Source: an uncultured delta proteobacterium (GTDB lineage Bacteria; Desulfobacterota; Desulfobaccia; Desulfobaccales; 0-14-0-80-60-11). Taken from it: DNA of 64,000 nucleotides. The first letter of the stretch is position 1. Every line of letters begins with the position of its first letter. Shown one piece after another: positions 1 to 10,928 of the stretch. The notes beneath the pieces are model-generated. The model did no database searches. It worked only from the letters and a program-made list of their open reading frames with translations, and had not been told where the DNA came from. The position numbers were made by a program, and so were the translations under genes. The stretch lies in NCBI GenBank assembly GCA_963812015.1, contig CAWETI010000002.1, forward strand, positions 608,001 through 672,000, written 5' to 3'.

Positions 1-474
1 AATGCCTCCCAACATGACGAAAGCGGCGGCTTCAAAGTCCACTCCTTCTGGAATAGGCACACAGAGATTTTCGGGCACCCAGATCATTTCCGCATGGGAG
101 GCAAACCCCGCCCCAGCCGCGGCCACCCGGTCTCCGGGCTTGAACCCCTGCACCCCGGCCCCCACTTCCAGAACCTCGCCCGCCGCACTATACCCCAGCG
201 GCAACGGCTCATCCATCCGGTTCATGGCCTCCTTTAAGACGCTGATAAAACCCTCTTTCTGAGCCTTAGCCCAGACCTGCCGCACCAAATCAGGCCGTGC
301 CCGGGCCTTTCCCAGCAGACTCTTCTGCCCCATCTCGATCATCAGCTTATCAGTCCCGGGGCTGATAAGAGAGGCCATATTCTGCACCAAAACCCCGCCA
401 GCTTTGCAATATGATTCGGGCAATTCGGATAGGCTAATCTTACCGTTTTTATACGACTGAATGATTTGTTTCAT
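1..474 (-). CDS. Zn-binding dehydrogenase-like (bi-domain oxidoreductase) of polysaccharide loci; 5' part only, runs off the window
   Basis: Hand translation from ATG at 474: MKQIIQSYKNGKISLSELPES...SLISPGTDKLMIEMGQKSLLGKARARPDLVRQV...PLPLGYSAAGEVLEVGAGVQGFKPGDRVAAAG...HAEMIWVPENLC. Open to the window edge; not in the ORF track. Confidence 0.8.
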   Translation of the reverse strand, partial: MKQIIQSYKNGKISLSELPESYCKAGGVLVQNMASLISPGTDKLMIEMGQKSLLGKARARPDLVRQVWAKAQKEGFISVLKEAMNRMDEPLPLGYSAAGEVLEVGAGVQGFKPGDRVAAAGAGFASHAEMIWVPENLCVPIPEGVDFEAAAFVMLGGI

Positions 475-750
475 GCCTATATTCTCCGGGCCACTCCGCC
501 AAGGTTAACCGACCAGGGGCCGGCTGGCAACCATGGGAATCGTAACCAAAAGCGATTTAAGTAAACAATACTCATCACAGTTGCTCTAAATGCAACATTA
601 ATATCTTTCCTTGAGATCGGGATTTAATTTGGTCAAATCTTTTAATCCTGTACAAAATCTCATCAATGAATCAACTTCTTCTGAAAAACTAATTCTAATC
701 TCAGAAGGAATCTCTGTGAGGCTATATTTGCGTTCACCATCTATGTCAAA

Positions 751-1620
751 TTATTTTTTAATATTTTTCTGCAACCCCTTTTTTAACTCAAAATATTTTG
801 CATCACCCAAGAACGGATACCAAAGCCCATGCAAAAAACAGTATATGAGGCCTTCTTTGCCGTCAAGAAAACCAAGTTGATATATATAACGATAGAAAAA
901 GTAGAATAGAGGTCGAATAAACAGTGGCATCATAGCCCAAACGTTGTCACGTAGCCATATCCTATAACTATGTTCTATTTTAGGTTTTTCCAGATAATCT
1001 AATTGTTTCATAAGGCCTTGCTGCGATTCGAGCCTAATGGATTCTTCCGCCTCTAACCTTGCCAATTTATTATGTTTATCAATCCAGAAAGCAAGGTCTT
1101 TTTTATCCTCATGAATCATAGGATTTTTAAGCCGCCCTAATTTTCCCAGAACTGTTACATATTCCCGAGCCCCACTACCAATGCTGCGAGCTTGCTTCCT
1201 CTTTATCAGACGCAAGATGTAGTCTGCCTGATAACCTCCATGTTTGAGCCATCTTCCCAAGAAATAAAAGTTTCTCTTGATATGGTATCCTTCAACTGAC
1301 GGGTTGTTCCCAGCAAAAATATTCACAATCTCTTGCTTTAATCCATCGGTCAAACGTTCATCCGCATCCAGGAAAAGCACCCATTCATAAGATATCGGCA
1401 AGTTATCCAAGGCCCAGTTTCGTTGATGCGCCCAATGCACCCAAGCATTCTGATAAATTTTATCGGTGTATTCTCGACCGATTCCCAGGGTCTTGTCAGA
1501 GCTGAAGGAATCTACGATAAAAATTTCTTCGGTCAGATCTCGGCAACTCTCCAAACAGGCCCTTATGTTGGCCTCTTCGTTATATGTCAGGATAATTACG
1601 GAAACCAGTGCCTTTCCCAT
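751..1620 (-). CDS. Glycosyltransferase family 2
   Basis: VSVIILTYNEE, IVDSFSSDKT, WVLFLDADE motifs; C-terminal GFLDGKEG. Confidence 0.9.
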   Translation of the reverse strand: MGKALVSVIILTYNEEANIRACLESCRDLTEEIFIVDSFSSDKTLGIGREYTDKIYQNAWVHWAHQRNWALDNLPISYEWVLFLDADERLTDGLKQEIVNIFAGNNPSVEGYHIKRNFYFLGRWLKHGGYQADYILRLIKRKQARSIGSGAREYVTVLGKLGRLKNPMIHEDKKDLAFWIDKHNKLARLEAEESIRLESQQGLMKQLDYLEKPKIEHSYRIWLRDNVWAMMPLFIRPLFYFFYRYIYQLGFLDGKEGLIYCFLHGLWYPFLGDAKYFELKKGLQKNIKK

Positions 1621-1624
1621 TATA

Positions 1625-2601
1625 CGCTTATTTCCTTAGCTCCGAAAAGGTAACGGTTTGAGCATTAAGACAAGCGTTCAGCATCCGGTTAAACATTTGG
1701 GGTTCCCAGAAGCGCCGATTGAACCGGTAACAAAATTCCGCCAGATACCGGGGCAGGTGCTTATCACTGACTCCATGATACACTCCACGGATATTGCCTT
1801 TGACGTTGGCGATCAGGGTATGGACCCAGGGAAACAATCTGACAGCGTTTTTCCCCGAACCAGTCACGATGGGTAGATGAAAGCTCGACCTCAGAGTTCA
1901 AGACCCGACAGGCCTGCCAACCATCCGTGCGGGCCACCAACTCTGGTGCCAGGCAAGCCTGAGCCATCGCTTTAATCTCGTCGCCACTTACCCTGGGTAC
2001 CTGGCGCATGGCGGCAAACCGTGGTTTATCTCCTGGGTTTTCCACCGCCACCACGACTTTGTATTTACCGCGGCGCCACGGCCACGTTTGCCTGGTTGGG
2101 GGCTGCCGACATAGGTATCATCCAGTTCGATCAGCCCGGCCAGTTGGCAAGAGGCATCGCGCTGCGCCATGGCCTTGCGGATCTTATGCCCCATGACCCA
2201 CACCGCTTTATAAGTCTGGATCTCCAAGATCCGTTGCAAAGACAACATGGACGCGCCGCTTTTCTGTTGCCCCACCAGGAAGATCATCCAGAACCATTTT
2301 CTCAAGGGTGTTTTGGTCTTATGAAAAATCGTGCCGGCCGTCAGCGAGGTCTGGTAACCACAAGCTTTGCAGGCATATAAATGACGCGTCCGATGAAAGT
2401 AAGCTTGGTCGTGCTGACAGCGGGGGTACCGATAACCCTGAGGCCAACGCAACTCAAAAAGATGTTTCTGACAAGCTTTTGGGTCCTAAACCTTTTTTGA
2501 AATGCCAGGAGACTCAGGCTTTCTTGTTGCACAATATTTGCTCCATTTAGCTAATTATTTTAGTAAATTACAGCTAATTTTAGGAGCATAAGCAATAAGC
2601 G
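1625..2601 (-). mobile_element. IS1595-family element with a frameshifted transposase (pseudogene)
   Basis: Transposase split over ORFs 2341-2532, 1988-2452, 1764-2054 and 1628-1867 (CxxC finger YACKACGYQTSLTAGTIFH, IELDDTY, TDGW, YHGVSDKHLPRYLAEFCYRFNRR). Imperfect terminal IRs CGCTTATTtccttaGCTCC / CGCTTATTgcttatGCTCC. Confidence 0.9.
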
Positions 2602-2634
2602 TTTCCATTATTTCCTTTTCCAAACTTTCTTTAT

Positions 2635-3825
2635 TCACTCATCCGACCAGGATAAGCCGGGACTGCGTCTGCCGACGAGAATGTCTTCATAGGCGGTGGC
2701 CATCTGCCGGGCCACCAGATCGATATCATACCGCCGCCGGGCCGACTCCACCGCGGCCTCTCCCATGACCCTAAGCCCCTCTGGATCGGAAAGTAATTTA
2801 ACAAGCGCCCCCGCTACGGCTTCCACCTCTATGGGCACCACTACTCCTGCACCGTCGGCCAGAATTTCCCGACAAATACCAACATGATCTGAGACCAGCA
2901 CCGGCACACCCGATAGCATAGCCTCCACCGCCGCATTTCCAAAGTTTTCATCTTCACTTGTGAGTACTAATAGATTACTCGCTGCTAAAAGATTGTTTCG
3001 CTCCTTTGCATCTATCATTCCCAAAAATCGGATTTTCCGATCTACCCCCAAGGAAATCGCCAACTGCCTTAAATACCTTTCTTCTCCACCATCTGGGCCG
3101 GCTAACATTAGGACAAAAATTTTATCTTTTAACGCTTCTGTTGATATAGCCTTTATGAGTAAATCAAGCTTTTTTACCTTATGCAATCTACCTAAAAATG
3201 TTATTAATATTTTATCATTTTCAAGATTGTTTTTGAAGTCGTTTTTCGAGGAAGAAAATTCACTAATATCAAAACCATTGGGCACTATAAAACTCGGATT
3301 TTTAAATTTATGTAGCGCGTCCAATTCTTTTTCCATCTGAGTGGTGTAATGAATGGCAGCAGCATGTCTAATTATCCTCCTTTCTATTGTTTGAAAATAA
3401 ATCCATTTTTTTATAGCCTTTTGCCGCAAAGCTGACTTTCTTAAAGTGCCTTTGACTGAAAGCACATAAGGAATGCCCTTTTTTCTGGCGTTATTTGCTG
3501 CCGGAATCCCTGGATAACACCAAAATGAAGTCAGATGCACTATCTCGAAATCTTTCATTAAACGGTGACAAGCCTCACGCAGGTCTCGCGAATAGCAATA
3601 CTTGAAGCTGAAATCAGTTTTGAAATAGTAAACTTTGATTCCTCCCACATCTACCGGCTGATTATTCGGAACCGGCAATCTTCGGTTCCCGCCGCTATCA
3701 GTACTGAAAACTGTCACCTCATGTCCTTGCTGAACTAAGCCTCGGCAGAGATGGCTGATACTGTGGACCACTCCTCCCAAATGCCAGGCCGGTTCAAAAA
3801 AAGGAGTTATGTGGAGGATCTTCAT
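2635..3825 (-). CDS. Glycosyltransferase family 4
   Basis: MKILHITP..GG, VPNG, FLGRLHKVKKLD, SEDENFGNAAVEAMLSGVPV. Confidence 0.92.
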   Translation of the reverse strand: MKILHITPFFEPAWHLGGVVHSISHLCRGLVQQGHEVTVFSTDSGGNRRLPVPNNQPVDVGGIKVYYFKTDFSFKYCYSRDLREACHRLMKDFEIVHLTSFWCYPGIPAANNARKKGIPYVLSVKGTLRKSALRQKAIKKWIYFQTIERRIIRHAAAIHYTTQMEKELDALHKFKNPSFIVPNGFDISEFSSSKNDFKNNLENDKILITFLGRLHKVKKLDLLIKAISTEALKDKIFVLMLAGPDGGEERYLRQLAISLGVDRKIRFLGMIDAKERNNLLAASNLLVLTSEDENFGNAAVEAMLSGVPVLVSDHVGICREILADGAGVVVPIEVEAVAGALVKLLSDPEGLRVMGEAAVESARRRYDIDLVARQMATAYEDILVGRRSPGLSWSDE

Positions 3826-4890
3826 CTAGGCAGAGGTCCTCTGAAAATACGGGAGACAGGCGTTAATTACTTGTTCCGGGGTTATGGTATTAATGCATTC
3901 CTTCGAGTCACACTCCATTTTAAAACAGAATCGGCATGGCAGGGTGTCATTTCTCAAGACGGTGTGGCATTCTCCCCAGGGGTGCCAGGCACCATAAAAA
4001 TCCCGGGAAGAATATATTCCCACGACCGGGGTCTTAACCGCTGCGGCCAAATGAACTGGGCCGCAATCGTTTGCAACCAACAGATCACAGCGCCGGAGCA
4101 ACTCAGCCGATTCCATGTAACTGGTCAACCCTATTAAATTTATTAGCGCATTCTCCCTGCTGGTTAATAAATCTATCCAGGCTTCTCGCTCATTCGGACC
4201 CCCAATAAATAAAATGTGCGCCTGGAAATTTTCTATCAGAAGAGATGCTACGCTAAGGAAGTTACTCTTGTCCCAAAGTTTGACCGGAAATTTTCCCCCC
4301 GGGCAAATGGCCACCAAGGGCGATTTGCCCCACAAATTATACCGGTCCCAAATGGCATCCACTGCCTTTCGGTGCTGATCTCGGATGGGCAGGCAGAAAT
4401 CTACTTCGTGGACCTTGACCTCTGGGGTTAACAACGACAACAAGCGATCGACTTCTTGGGGATAAACTGGGAACTTCAGGCCGTCTTTTACCTGCATCCT
4501 GACGGGCTGGGTTAGCCTGAACCCGAGCAATTTTCCTCCCACTACCAAGCGAAAAAACAGCCAGTCTCGGAGGAGCCTTCTCCGGGTATTTTTAGAGTGC
4601 CCGAAATAAATTAAGAGATCGATGTTTAGGCGACGCAAATCACGGGCCAGATGTAAGATATATCTCCCTTGCCTAATCTTGCCCGAGGAATAACTCATAA
4701 TCGCGTCAAGAAACTCGTTATCCGCCAGAATTGCTTGGGCATCATCGCAGCCATCCTCTCCATTATTGGTCAAAAGGCCAATCCAGGCATGGGGAAAATT
4801 CCGCCTCACCGCCATCATGGCCGGAAGGGAACAGATGATATCCCCCAGATTACCTATGCGATAAATTAAGATTCGGTAATTTTTCTTCAT
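3826..4890 (-). CDS. Glycosyltransferase family 9 (heptosyltransferase-like)
   Basis: ILIYRIGNLGDII, CPGGKFPVKLW, VANDCGPVHLAAAVKTPVVGIY, LPCRFC. Confidence 0.88.
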   Translation of the reverse strand: MKKNYRILIYRIGNLGDIICSLPAMMAVRRNFPHAWIGLLTNNGEDGCDDAQAILADNEFLDAIMSYSSGKIRQGRYILHLARDLRRLNIDLLIYFGHSKNTRRRLLRDWLFFRLVVGGKLLGFRLTQPVRMQVKDGLKFPVYPQEVDRLLSLLTPEVKVHEVDFCLPIRDQHRKAVDAIWDRYNLWGKSPLVAICPGGKFPVKLWDKSNFLSVASLLIENFQAHILFIGGPNEREAWIDLLTSRENALINLIGLTSYMESAELLRRCDLLVANDCGPVHLAAAVKTPVVGIYSSRDFYGAWHPWGECHTVLRNDTLPCRFCFKMECDSKECINTITPEQVINACLPYFQRTSA

Positions 4891-5915
4891 AGATGCCGTA
4901 TAAAATGAATAACTTCTTTAAGCCTATCATGATTGCTGTAACCACTTCTTATGCACCGTTCCCGGCCAGCAAAACCAATACGAACACACTCCTCGCTGTG
5001 AGCCAGGTAATATTTTATTTTATCCGTTAGTTCTTCCTCTGAACCAAAAAACTCGGCCTCCTTGCCTTCTTCAAAAAGTTCCAGGTGTTCTTCGGTTCTT
5101 TCGGCCAGCATAAAGGCCGCACAAGCCGGGATTTCCAAACTGCGGGTCGTGTGTAAGTCGCGGTTGGCCTTTCTTAAGAACGCTAGATTAATTTTAGTTG
5201 CACAAATCGCTTTGGCATAATCTTCTTCAAAGATCCATCCAGGTTTGATAGTAAGATTATCAATTTTTCTTATATATGAATTCCAGCCTGGACCGCGTAC
5301 AGTAATCTTAAAGCCAGCCTGAGATGCAACCCGCATCATTAAGTAACGATCTTGTTCAAACGCGCCAATAAATCCAATATTACTTCCCAATTGGTATTTA
5401 TCTTTAGCCGTTAGATTTATAGGGCGATGAGTAAGTGGGTTAAATCCACTTTTATTAAATAAAACATTTTGTGCTCCCAGTTCCTTAAGCTCGTTCACGT
5501 TATAGCTTTTAGTTGTAACATGGAGATCATATAAAGATAGACAAGCTAAATAATGGGGTGATTGATTTTGCGTATTTAACATATCGTCTGGACTATATGA
5601 TATCATCCGACATTCGGGATATAATTTTTTAACTGCCGTTAAAGTTAGCGGCAAAATAGTTAACCCTTTATCTATCCAAAGTATATCAAAAGAACTCCGG
5701 GATATCAGGTCAATAATCTGACGGTTCACCCCAGCCAAATCCGGAGAATAACCCAAGCGACGGATTATTCGCGAAAATAGCCGGCGTACCTGGCGCGGTT
5801 CCGGCGGCGTGGTGTCCACTGCTACAACCGTATAACCCATTTCTTGCAGGGCTGTCATCCGGTGTTTGGCTGTGCTCCCCTGCCATAGCGGGCCCACGTA
5901 TAAGATGCGCATCAC
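4887..5915 (-). CDS. CgeB-like glycosyltransferase (Glyco_trans_1_2 type)
   Basis: IGFIG, KINLAFLRKANRDLHTTRSLEIPACAAFMLAERT, EELTDKIKYYL. Confidence 0.82.
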   Translation of the reverse strand: MMRILYVGPLWQGSTAKHRMTALQEMGYTVVAVDTTPPEPRQVRRLFSRIIRRLGYSPDLAGVNRQIIDLISRSSFDILWIDKGLTILPLTLTAVKKLYPECRMISYSPDDMLNTQNQSPHYLACLSLYDLHVTTKSYNVNELKELGAQNVLFNKSGFNPLTHRPINLTAKDKYQLGSNIGFIGAFEQDRYLMMRVASQAGFKITVRGPGWNSYIRKIDNLTIKPGWIFEEDYAKAICATKINLAFLRKANRDLHTTRSLEIPACAAFMLAERTEEHLELFEEGKEAEFFGSEEELTDKIKYYLAHSEECVRIGFAGRERCIRSGYSNHDRLKEVIHFIRHL

Positions 5916-6664
5916 TGTTTGATGGCCGTCCCTAAGAAAACTCGAGTGTAGATCCCCGTGCTGCGGCCGCCGGCTTCGGCTAAAATTACTAAGTCCGTGC
6001 CCAAGCTTATGATTTTCCAGAGCACTACCCTTACTAAACTCTTCAGTCCATGGATATGAGGACCGCAGGGCCGGGCCTCATATCCTGCCAGTCCGACCTG
6101 ATCCAGCAAAGTCGCCAAGCTTACTGGGGTAAAGAACCATTCGTGGGAAAAATCTCCGTAGGCCAAGGCCCCCGCCCATGGACTACCGGCATTGGGAGTC
6201 TGGAAAATGACCCGTCCACCTGCTTTTAAGGCCTGGACCACCAGGGTCAGAAAAGGCAGTATTTCTTCCTTTTGAAAATGTTCGATCAGATCAAAACCGG
6301 TGATCAGGCCGAAATGTCCGGGGTTTTCTATGAGCGTATCCCGGACATCCCCCTGAATAACCTTGGCCTGAGGGCACCATTGCTGGGCCAAGTGGATTTT
6401 CTTGGGGCTTAAATCCACTCCGACAATGTCGGAGTATCCCTGCTGTTCCAATAGGTAGAGAAAGTTTCCCGGCCCGCACCCCATATCCAGAATAGGTGTG
6501 CCCCGATCTTCCGGCAGCCAGCCGCGCAGTCGCCCCCTAGTGGCCGCGGCCCAACGCTGATATTCCCTTTCGCCCCACTCCACGCCGGCCCCACTGTTTT
6601 TGTAGGACACCCGGTTTTCATATAATTGCTGTTGGTATCCTGCTTTTTGGTACCAGTCAGTCAT
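5912..6664 (-). CDS. Class I SAM-dependent methyltransferase
   Basis: ILDMGCGPG, DLIEH, FQTPNA. ATG 6664 (MTDWYQ) chosen over 6808 because it avoids a long overlap with the upstream gene. Confidence 0.85.
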   Translation of the reverse strand: MTDWYQKAGYQQQLYENRVSYKNSGAGVEWGEREYQRWAAATRGRLRGWLPEDRGTPILDMGCGPGNFLYLLEQQGYSDIVGVDLSPKKIHLAQQWCPQAKVIQGDVRDTLIENPGHFGLITGFDLIEHFQKEEILPFLTLVVQALKAGGRVIFQTPNAGSPWAGALAYGDFSHEWFFTPVSLATLLDQVGLAGYEARPCGPHIHGLKSLVRVVLWKIISLGTDLVILAEAGGRSTGIYTRVFLGTAIKQ

Positions 6665-7862
6665 GTAAGACTCCCAAGAGTTTGAACAGGTCGGCAAAAC
6701 GGTGCTCCCAGGTGTGATCCCGAAGGCAGCGTTCCCGAACCCTTTGACGAATGAGGGCTCCCTCCTCCGGTTGTTCCAAAAAGTATCTAATTTTTGATAA
6801 ACAATCAACTTTGCTGCGGTATGTTATTATCTCCTTACCCACTTCGTAAACTCTATAGAGATCGGGTTGATCACTAGTGAGATAGAGATGCCCGCACATG
6901 GGCACCTCAAAATCCCTCCCCTTCAAGCACATCTCCTTCATGGAGTAGCCAATCCCGGAAAACCCCAGATTGATCCGGGAACGAGCGTAAATCTCCACCA
7001 TCTCCTGTTCGGTCACCGATCCCCGGGGCCAGCCAGGACCGAAGGCCTCGATCTTTACCCCGTTCTTTCTTAGATACTTTATATAATCGGGTCGCTGGCC
7101 ATAGCAGGCTCCCACAAAGGTTACGTCGAATTCGAAGGGCCGCAGCAAGGGGCGGAAATGGTCTGGATTGGCACCCTCAGGCCAAAAGATTGCCAACCCC
7201 CCTTCCGCAAAATATTTGATTAGCGACGCCGGAGCGTTGGTCAGGTTCAGGTCATAGGCAGCAGCCAATGATGCTGGACCACTCCAGCGGCCCCCCGCCT
7301 GCCTGCCGCGAAAGCTCAGGCGGTCATCCCAATGGAAGGCGCAGGTGATGATGCCCATATGGGTGATGGCCCGGATGGTTTCCGGGGCCACATGCCAGCC
7401 GCTAAGATAAGAGATGAACACATCCACCGGTTGCTTCTTATGCTCAGCCTTAACAAAAGACAGCAAGTCTTTATCAAAATTATCTCTTTGCGCCAGCCAG
7501 CCATCCTTTCCCGTCAAAAAGCCATGTTCTTTTAAGGAATAAACCACATTTGGTCCAAATTTTCCCAAAGCAGGCGGAATCTGATGCGGCTCCCAATTGG
7601 ACATTTCTGAAGCATAAATAGTGCGTAATTGGCCCAGCACGCGATGAAAAGGCTTGATACCGCGTTGCTGTAGACGATATTGCAGCTCTAATTTCACTTG
7701 CTCTTTATCTAAGATTATTATTTTTCGTTGATGTGCCAACCTCTCATAAAATACTTGTTCTTTTTTTATTCGTTTTTCCTGATTTTTTGCCTTTATTATG
7801 CTCCAAAAGTAATTAAATAGCGCCAAACCTTTTAATTGTTGAATTACTGATCGGTTCAGCAT
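6657..7862 (-). CDS. CgeB-like glycosyltransferase
   Basis: DVTFVGACYGQR, SRINLGFS, LKGRDFEVPMCG, DHTWEHR. Confidence 0.82.
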   Translation of the reverse strand: MLNRSVIQQLKGLALFNYFWSIIKAKNQEKRIKKEQVFYERLAHQRKIIILDKEQVKLELQYRLQQRGIKPFHRVLGQLRTIYASEMSNWEPHQIPPALGKFGPNVVYSLKEHGFLTGKDGWLAQRDNFDKDLLSFVKAEHKKQPVDVFISYLSGWHVAPETIRAITHMGIITCAFHWDDRLSFRGRQAGGRWSGPASLAAAYDLNLTNAPASLIKYFAEGGLAIFWPEGANPDHFRPLLRPFEFDVTFVGACYGQRPDYIKYLRKNGVKIEAFGPGWPRGSVTEQEMVEIYARSRINLGFSGIGYSMKEMCLKGRDFEVPMCGHLYLTSDQPDLYRVYEVGKEIITYRSKVDCLSKIRYFLEQPEEGALIRQRVRERCLRDHTWEHRFADLFKLLGVLHD

Positions 7863-8135
7863 TTTATAAAAACTCTAATATTTCTTAAAAGTAAAGTAAA
7901 TCTCTGGCGTTAGGGATAATTCTATGGTTCTTCCTGCTTTGTTTCTGGATGGATAGTTCGTAAAAGGGTTGGATTCGCAATTTACCGAAAATCGCGTGAA
8001 TATCTGGTTTGAGCATACCCCCGGGTCAAAAGGCCTTGCCCTTCAATACGAATAGGAACTGACCTGTCGTAGACCGACCCTAACCTTGGAAAGAGAGGCT
8101 CATGATTTCTCTAGATCGTTGGATTTTATAACAGT

Positions 8136-8534
8136 TCAGGTCTGAAAAAGGGCAATAGTGGTTCCCCGCCGGCGCCGCACCCCAGGATGGGTCAAAGCAA
8201 ACTCCCGAATTGCCCGGATCACCCCGAACCACCAGGCGGTGTGTCGGGAATCATGCCAACCGGTCCAGCCGCCGGGCCGCCATAATTTCAGGTCTTCCTG
8301 GGTGTCCTTCAACACGTAGGCATAGTCATGGCAGGCATCCACCCAGACAAAGTTACACTGCTGATACCAGGGCGAGAAATCGAGGGTCTGGGAATCACCA
8401 TAAAGCTGAGTAATTTTATACGCTTCGGGAGTATTCCGATAAGCGTCGCCAATGTTATGCGCCTCCTGTTCGCCAAGTTGACGGATTCTCTCATGAACTT
8501 TCGGTGAAAGCGAACGGGCATCAACCTGTTCCAT
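8136..8534 (-). pseudogene. 5'-truncated methyltransferase (Methyltransf_24-like) fragment
   Basis: LYGDSQTLDF...VWVDACHDYAYVLKDT...RPGGWTGWHD is the C-terminal half of the family; no N-terminal SAM motif; lies next to IS debris. Confidence 0.6.
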
Positions 8535-8783
8535 GAAAATTAGTTTACAATAATTTCCGCTAAATGAGAACTATTTAATGAACTGGGTAATAAATGCTTT
8601 GAGTAATAACCCTGGATTATGCAACAGAATATAATGGAAATACATATAACTAACTGATATAAAGAGATATATTTAGTAAGAAGGGGGTCTAAGATTTGAC
8701 TAGCCCCCAAATTTGGACTGGAGCTGCCCCCTTTTTTGGACCATTTTGAGTGAGAAAATTTCGCTTTTTGGACTAGCCCCCAA

Positions 8784-10050
8784 TGACCTGCCCCCGATAG
8801 TTGTACCAAGTTTTAAGTTAGAATTGGGGTCAAGTCAAGCCAGAGATCCTGGCGGAGCATAGCGTAGCCAGGATCTCTGGAAATCACCTGGATGGCCTCG
8901 GGTGCGGGTGGCCGATAACCCAAGGCGCTGTGAGGCCTTGCCGTATTGTATTCCCGCCGCCAGCGTTCTATAAGGATCTGGGCCTCCTTCAGGGTGGTGA
9001 AAATCTCCCCGTTGAGCAACTCATCCCGCAGTTTTCCATTGAAGCTCTCGTTGTAGCCATTCTCCCAGGGACTGCCAGGTTCAATGTAGAGCGTTTTGAC
9101 TCCTACTCGGCTTAACCACTCCCGAACCGCCCTGGCCGTAAACTCCGGCCCGTTGTCTGATCGGATATAGTCTGGTGGGCGCCGTGACACAAACAGCTCT
9201 GTCAACCGATACAACACCGCATCTGCATCAAAACGCCGGGACACCTCGATGGCCAGGCATTCCCTGGTGTACTCATCAATGATGGTGAGCATTCGGAAAG
9301 CTTTGCCATCGTGAGTCCGCGCCATCACGAAGTCATAGGACCATACATGGTTCGGCCAGCAGGGCCGGAGACGAACACAAGATCCGTCGCTTAACCACAA
9401 CCTGCCCCGCTTTGGCTGCTTCTGGGGCACCTTCAGCCCTTCCTGTCGCCAGATCCGTTCCATTCTTTTATGGTTCACCACCCAGCCGTCACTTCGCAGC
9501 AACGCCAGGATACGGCGATAGCCGTATCGCCCATACCTGCTGGCATGGCCAATGATGGCCGCAGTCAGCCCCACCTCGTCATCAGGCTCGGTGGCTTGGT
9601 AACGCTGGGTCGCACGCGGTTGCCCAATCACCCCGCAGACACGGCGTTCCGACACCGGCAGAGCCTTCCGGATATGCTCAATGCATTGCCGCCGACGGGT
9701 CGGGCTTAGAAGTTTCCCCTTACCGCCTCCTGGAGGATCAGTTTATCCAGTGTGAGATCCGATACCGCCCGCCTCAGCCGGGTATTCTCTTGCTCCAGGG
9801 CCTTGAGGCGCTTGGCCTGCTCTATCTTTAAACCACCATACTCCCGGCGCCAGCGATAGAAGGTCTGTTCGGCAATACCCAGGGTTCGGCAAACCTGGCC
9901 CACCGTCTCCCCCTGGGCCAAGGCCACCTCTGCTTCCCGCAACTTCCCAATGATCTGCTCCGGCGTATAACGCTTCCTGCTCATCTCCCTGCCTCCCTTC
10001 GATCCACTACTCTAACTTAACATGTGGATCAGTTTTTGGGGGGCAGGTCA
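8784..10050 (-). mobile_element. IS3-family insertion sequence (orfA 9706-9984, orfB 8813 to about 9700), apparently intact
   Basis: Terminal IRs TGACCTGCCCCC at 8784 and at 10050 (reverse). OrfA is an HTH protein (MSRKRYTPEQIIGKLREAE). OrfB has DDE motifs WSYDF / SDNGPEF / [17 protein letters not shown] slippery site at the end of orfA. Confidence 0.95.
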
Positions 10051-10778
10051 CCACTCATGGCGGTAGGGCAAAGCATCCAGAAAGCCATATCCTTGCCAAC
10101 CGTCGGTTTTGACCACCACTTCTTCCACCAGACGCTCCCTTACCAGGGCCTGAATCTCCTGGGCGCTGACTCTCGGGACGATGTGCATAACGGCAAATCT
10201 GGGCTTATTTTTCGGGGTTTCCACCGCCACTACCACTTTGGCCTTGCCGGCGGCGCCGCGGCCGCGCTTCTCGGGCTTGGGAGCCCCGAAGTAAGTGTCG
10301 TTCATCTCAATTAAGCCGGCGAGTTTATAATTAGCATCCCGGTCGGCCAGGGCTTTGCGAATCTTGTGGCCCATGGTCCACACGGTTTTGTAGGTCTTGA
10401 TCTCCAACATCCGTTGCATCGACAGCATGGAGATGCCGCTTTTCTGGCGTCCCATCAGCCAGATCAGCCAAAACCATTTGGTTAAGGGGGTTCTGGTCTT
10501 GTGAAACACTGTGCCTGCGGTCAATGAAGCTTGGTAACCGCAGGATTTGCACTGATATAAGTGGCGCTTACTGTGAAAATAAGCTTCGGCTTGACCACAG
10601 CGAGGGCACTTGAAGCCTTCGGGCCAACGCAACCGAAACAATTGTTTCTGACAGGCTTTCCCAGTACCAAACTTTTTCTGAAATTGCAGCAGACTGAGAG
10701 TTTTCTGTTGCATGATTTTGCTCAAATTTGTTATTCTATTTAATTATAGCATATGGACCGGAGCAAAAGCAATAAGCA
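10051..10778 (-). mobile_element. Second IS1595-family copy, 3'-truncated at the IS3 end
   Basis: ORF 10048-10725 is similar to the 1625-2601 transposase (YQCKSCGYQASLTAGTVFH, KTDGW). End GGAGCAAAAGCAATAAGC at about 10760-10777 matches the end of the first copy. Confidence 0.88.
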
Positions 10779-10928
10779 TATTTATAAATTGACAGAACGT
10801 TTTCTTGCGAAGAAAAGATATGTTTCTTTTTCAAATATTCTTCGATATCCTATGCCCATAGCCACCCCATTTCAACTACGGAATGGACAACCTCGATATC
10901 TAATTCGAGAGACATAGGGAGCTATCAA

